Positions 46,626 to 50,254 of a DNA stretch of 50,254 bases are shown one piece after another (position 1 is the first letter of the stretch; each line of letters begins with the position of its first letter). Source of the DNA: Pricia sp. GTDB taxonomy: Bacteria > Bacteroidota > Bacteroidia > Flavobacteriales > Flavobacteriaceae. The stretch is from the NCBI GenBank assembly GCA_024635875.1, contig JAGXIC010000136.1, forward strand, positions 1 to 50,254. The letters are read 5' to 3'. A model generated the notes under the pieces. The model saw only the letters and a program-made list of their open reading frames with translations. It was not told the origin of the DNA and ran no database searches. The translations under genes and the position numbers were made by a program.

Positions 46626-47081
46626 GTGAATTCGCACAAGACCTGGGGGGAGATTATAATACTGCCAAACCTTTGTCGGATAAATTATATTCCGAAAGCT
46701 TTGTGTACCTCCTTGGTTCTAGTAGGCGAAACACATTCTAATTTTACTAGGGGTATTAAATTTGGCCCAACATTCGACGTCGAAATTCAAGGTTTTTACG
46801 ATACCTATCTATTGGCCAATGTTTTTGATGTTTTCATTTGTGGGAATAAATACATAACGGATAAATTTTATATTTTTTCCGGATTGGGTAATGAATTTGA
46901 ATTCGATACATATGGAAGGTAATCTCTCCCACCACGAATTAAAATAATGAACGAAATGGGCTATGATGTTAACCAAAAACTGTTTTGGGAGGCCAAGCAG
47001 GAATTACATCTAAATCAATCGAATTATGGAAATTCCGGTACGCCCGACCTATTCTTGCTCAGTAGCGAATACAAGTATTAA
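46626..47081 (+). pseudogene. Interrupted outer-membrane beta-barrel-like gene
   Basis: The frame continues past TAA 46920-46922 for 52 more sense codons, ending ...LFLLSSEYKY*. It shows an alternating beta-strand pattern with a terminal aromatic residue and has no intact signal peptide. Confidence 0.5.
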
Positions 47082-47152
47082 ATTCATTTTTTCTTGACGC
47101 TGTTTGAGGATTTTTGATTAACAGGATTATTTTGTATTTCTTCCGCTTTCCA

Positions 47153-48058
47153 TCATCGGTCTCCTTTCCTAGGATGAAATTCGTTCATGACCCTAGCTAG
47201 ATTACTTCTATCTACGTGAAAATAAATCTCGGTCGTGGTGATGCTTTCGTGGCCCAACATCTGCTGGATGGCCCGTAAATCGGCACCGTTCTGAAGCAAA
47301 TGGGTGGCAAAGGAATGCCGGAAGGTATGGGGACTGATATTTTTTTGTAAACCTGATTTTTCTGCCAGTCGTTTGACGATGGTAAACAGCATGGCACGTG
47401 TCAGCCGTTTGCCCCTGCGGTTTAAAAAAAGGATGTCTTCGAACCCTTTTTGTATGGTTTGGTGTATCCGTACCTCCTTGCTGTAAATTTCGATGTACTT
47501 TTTGTTTATAGGGCTGATGGGCACGAAACGCTGTTTATCGCCTTTGCCCGTAACCTTGATAAAATCCTCATCGAAAAAAAGGTCCGAAATTTTTAAGTTA
47601 ACCAGTTCCGTTACGCGGAGGCCGCATCCGTAAAGGGTCTCGAGCATGGCGCGGTTACGTTCGCCCTCGGGTTTCGATAGGTCAATAGCGGTGATTATGG
47701 TATTGATTTCGTCCTCGGAAAGTGTATCGGGCAGTTTCCTTCCAATTTTTGGAGATTCAATGAGGTCTAAAGGATGGTCTTTGCGATACTCTTCGAACAT
47801 CAAGTAATTGAAAAAACTTTTGAGTCCTGATATAATCCTTGCTTGCGACCTAGGGTTCATGGTCTTGGCCACTTCATAGATAAAGCGTTGCACCGTTTCT
47901 TTGGCGATCTGAATAGGGTCATCGTTTAAACTATTGGTGTCGAGAAACAACACCAATTTTTTAACGTCCCTAATATAATTCTGCTGGGTATTGGCCGAAA
48001 GTCCCCTTTCTATTTTAAGGTAGTGCCGATAATCTTCTAGTGCCTGTTGCCAGTTCAT
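47153..48058 (-). CDS. xerD: Site-specific tyrosine recombinase XerD
   Basis: ERGLSANT, LYGCGLRVTEL, GKGDKQR, HTFRHSFATH, LGHESITTTEIY. Start ATG 48058. Confidence 0.9.
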   Translation of the reverse strand: MNWQQALEDYRHYLKIERGLSANTQQNYIRDVKKLVLFLDTNSLNDDPIQIAKETVQRFIYEVAKTMNPRSQARIISGLKSFFNYLMFEEYRKDHPLDLIESPKIGRKLPDTLSEDEINTIITAIDLSKPEGERNRAMLETLYGCGLRVTELVNLKISDLFFDEDFIKVTGKGDKQRFVPISPINKKYIEIYSKEVRIHQTIQKGFEDILFLNRRGKRLTRAMLFTIVKRLAEKSGLQKNISPHTFRHSFATHLLQNGADLRAIQQMLGHESITTTEIYFHVDRSNLARVMNEFHPRKGDR

Positions 48059-48100
48059 TTTATTAAAATAAAGGTATTCGTTGCGCAATCCAAAGTTTTC

Positions 48101-48108
48101 TATCTTTG
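48101..48108 (+). promoter_or_regulatory. Sigma-A -7 element
   Basis: TATCTTTG 30 nt upstream of ATG 48139. Confidence 0.6.
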
Positions 48109-48138
48109 AATCTTAAAACAATTCTAAAATCAATCCAC

Positions 48139-48717
48139 ATGAAAGGTAAGTTTTTTGCGATAATCGCGATAGTTTTTTTTGGTTTGGGACAGTTACATGC
48201 CCAATCTACGGAGGATGGCGTCGCTTCGGCAGGTATTGGGCAAATTGTGTTCGGGGCAAAAGCAGGATTGAACATTTCCACATTTTTAGATAACGACTTT
48301 GTGGAAATAAGTCCAAAGTTGGGGGCTTATGTAGGAGGTATAGCCGAAATACCGGCTTTTTTTGAAAATTTCTACTTGCAACCCGAGCTGGTCCTTTCAT
48401 TTCAAGGAGCGGATATCGGTCCCGGTAATTTGAACCTAACCTATCTTCACTTGCCGTTAATGGCCAGATATCAAATTACCGATGGGATAGCGGCCGAATT
48501 TGGACCGCAGATAGGTTTTCGATTAAGTGACAACGGGGATGATTTTAATGGATTTGATACAAATAATACGCAAATAGGACTGAACTTTGGTGGCGGCTAT
48601 CGTTTGAACGATACTATTTATTTCCAACTCCGCTTCGGATTGGGCCTTTCAAAGGTGCTCGACAATACCGATTTGAGAAATGGTGTAGTTTCTTTAGGAG
48701 GGGCCTATTTCTTCTAA
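48139..48717 (+). CDS. Outer-membrane beta-barrel (porin/PorT-like) protein
   Basis: Signal peptide, FGAKAGLN, LQPEL, YLHLPL, GPQIG, terminal aromatic YFF. Confidence 0.88.
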   Translation: MKGKFFAIIAIVFFGLGQLHAQSTEDGVASAGIGQIVFGAKAGLNISTFLDNDFVEISPKLGAYVGGIAEIPAFFENFYLQPELVLSFQGADIGPGNLNLTYLHLPLMARYQITDGIAAEFGPQIGFRLSDNGDDFNGFDTNNTQIGLNFGGGYRLNDTIYFQLRFGLGLSKVLDNTDLRNGVVSLGGAYFF

Positions 48718-48891
48718 AAATCTGGGCTACCCATTCTGTCAGAAACCAAAAATAGTACCAAGGAAATACTCTAATATCACTCTTTGGAAAGAATAAGCCA
48801 GAAAAAAATAGGGAATTTGGTGAAGCCCGATAGCATTTTGGAGGTTGTAAAAGAACGACTCAAGACGAATTCAATATAAGAAATTGTTGAT

Positions 48892-49308
48892 ATGAAGATA
48901 CTCATTGTTAACGGTCCCAATCTCAATCTTTTGGGAAAACGTGAACCTGAAGTCTACGGTGACCAGACCTTTGATGACTTTTTTGCGGACCTTCAGCTCA
49001 AATTCACGGAGGTTCAATTGGAATATTTTCAATCGAATATTGAAGGCGAGCTGATCAGTAAGATTCAGGAGGTCGGTTTTTCGTACCACGGTATCGTGCT
49101 CAACGCCGCGGCCTACACACATACATCGGTTGGTATCGGCGATGCGGTTAAGGCGGTAGAAACACCTGTGGTCGAGGTACATATATCCAATACCCATAAG
49201 CGAGAGCCGTTTCGGCATATCTCCTATATCTCGCCCAATGCCAAGGGCGTAATTCTCGGTTTCGGATTAAAAAGCTACGAACTGGCGATACAGAGTTTTC
49301 TGGGGTAG
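48892..49308 (+). CDS. aroQ: Type II 3-dehydroquinate dehydratase
   Basis: NGPNLNLLGKREPEVYG, QSNIEG, NAAAYTHTS, EVHISN...REPFRH. Confidence 0.97.
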   Translation: MKILIVNGPNLNLLGKREPEVYGDQTFDDFFADLQLKFTEVQLEYFQSNIEGELISKIQEVGFSYHGIVLNAAAYTHTSVGIGDAVKAVETPVVEVHISNTHKREPFRHISYISPNAKGVILGFGLKSYELAIQSFLG

Positions 49309-49418
49309 CGTTTATTATATTCTTTTGGCGCCCCTGAAAGCATCCTGTGGCATTACAATCACCGATGATACGTCCGATTGTTATTTCAGTCGAATTCCGG
49401 TGGTGTGATGCGATAATT

Positions 49419-50254
49419 TTATCCTGCAGTATCTTTGATCTTTACTTTCTTTACCCGCAGCAGTAAGAGCATCCCGATAAAAAAAAATAGTCCCAAAAAA
49501 ATAATCGAATAGCGTATGCTACCAGTTACCTGCCCGATGTATCCATAACTGAGCATTCCTATAACGATTCCTATTTTTTCCGAGACATCGTAGAAACTGA
49601 AATAAGAGGTGGTGTCTACCGCGTCTTCGGGTAGCAATTTAGAATACGTAGACCGAGATAGCGACTGTATACCGCCCATGACCAGCCCTACGAAGGCCGC
49701 GGTGAAATAGAATTCCATAGGCGTGACGATGGTATAGGCGAAAATGCAAATGCCGATCCATATAAAATTCAGCGCAATCAACGTGCTAATATTCCCGAAC
49801 CTTTCCGAACACTTTGAGGTCATGTAGGCGCCCAAAATAGCGACGATCTGTATGAGCAGAATACTGACGATCAAACCGGTAGTGGAGTTGGTCTCGCCCC
49901 AATCCAGTTCTTCGATTCCGAAATAAGTGGCGATAAGCATAATGGTCTGTACGGCCATACTGTACACAAAAAAAGCACCCAAATATCTTTTGAGGGGCAC
50001 ATTGGCCTTGATTTTCTTCCAAATCTGTTTCAATTCTTTAAAGCCGTTGAAGAGTACATTCTTTGTAAAGGTTTGTTTCTTGTTTCCTTTGGGCAAATGA
50101 TAATACGTATATTGGCTAAATCCAATCCACCAAAGGCCGGTTAGTACAAATGACAATCGGGTAGGGGTGGATTCATCTTGAAATCCGAAGGTTTCAAATT
50201 TCAAGATCATCGCTAGACATAGCAATAGTAATAGCACACTACCGATGTAGCCCA
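49419..50254 (-). CDS. MFS transporter, UMF1/Atg22-like (5' end beyond the window)
   Basis: Multiple TMs, GGIQSLSRSTYSKL, FSFYDV. The frame is open to the window edge. Confidence 0.88.
   Translation of the reverse strand, partial: GYIGSVLLLLLCLAMILKFETFGFQDESTPTRLSFVLTGLWWIGFSQYTYYHLPKGNKKQTFTKNVLFNGFKELKQIWKKIKANVPLKRYLGAFFVYSMAVQTIMLIATYFGIEELDWGETNSTTGLIVSILLIQIVAILGAYMTSKCSERFGNISTLIALNFIWIGICIFAYTIVTPMEFYFTAAFVGLVMGGIQSLSRSTYSKLLPEDAVDTTSYFSFYDVSEKIGIVIGMLSYGYIGQVTGSIRYSIIFLGLFFFIGMLLLLRVKKVKIKDTAG

Noticed and set aside
47153-48058. Tyrosine recombinase as a prophage or island integrase
   Set aside because: It has a XerD-like length and N-terminus, housekeeping neighbours, and no att repeats, tRNA or cargo genes.

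Overview
This is a core-chromosome segment of a Bacteroidota bacterium, very likely a marine Flavobacteriaceae. The assignment rests on gldI, lipoprotein signals, TAnnTTTG promoter elements and typical gene orders. About 48 intact CDS are present. They include rel (RelA/SpoT), a molybdenum-cofactor operon (moaD-E-A-C-mobA-moeB-TauE) with moeA 23 kb away, mutL-rhomboid-rhomboid-EEP, ribH, recF, ndk, nrnA-gldI-PPIase and pepD. Also present are a secreted amidohydrolase pair, a large CxxCH/HEAT/beta-propeller lipoprotein, an ECF sigma pair, ndh, xerD and aroQ. I found no rRNA, tRNA, CRISPR, transposase or phage genes. Five things the ORF track does not explain stand out. (1) A decay zone at about 38.7-40.7 kb holds an M28 peptidase remnant and an apparent microhomology deletion scar joining DUF58 and RDD gene remnants back-to-back. 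(2) A dispersed intergenic element consists of TTRAACYTTRAAC repeats framing small hairpins whose stems covary, alongside 7/8-mer tandem arrays and REP-like palindromes. (3) Two divergent genes share one CATG for both start codons, and each candidate promoter lies inside the other gene. (4) MutL has a degenerate endonuclease motif. (5) An interrupted outer-membrane-protein-like frame sits at 46.6-47.1 kb. All family calls come from motif recognition, not database searches.
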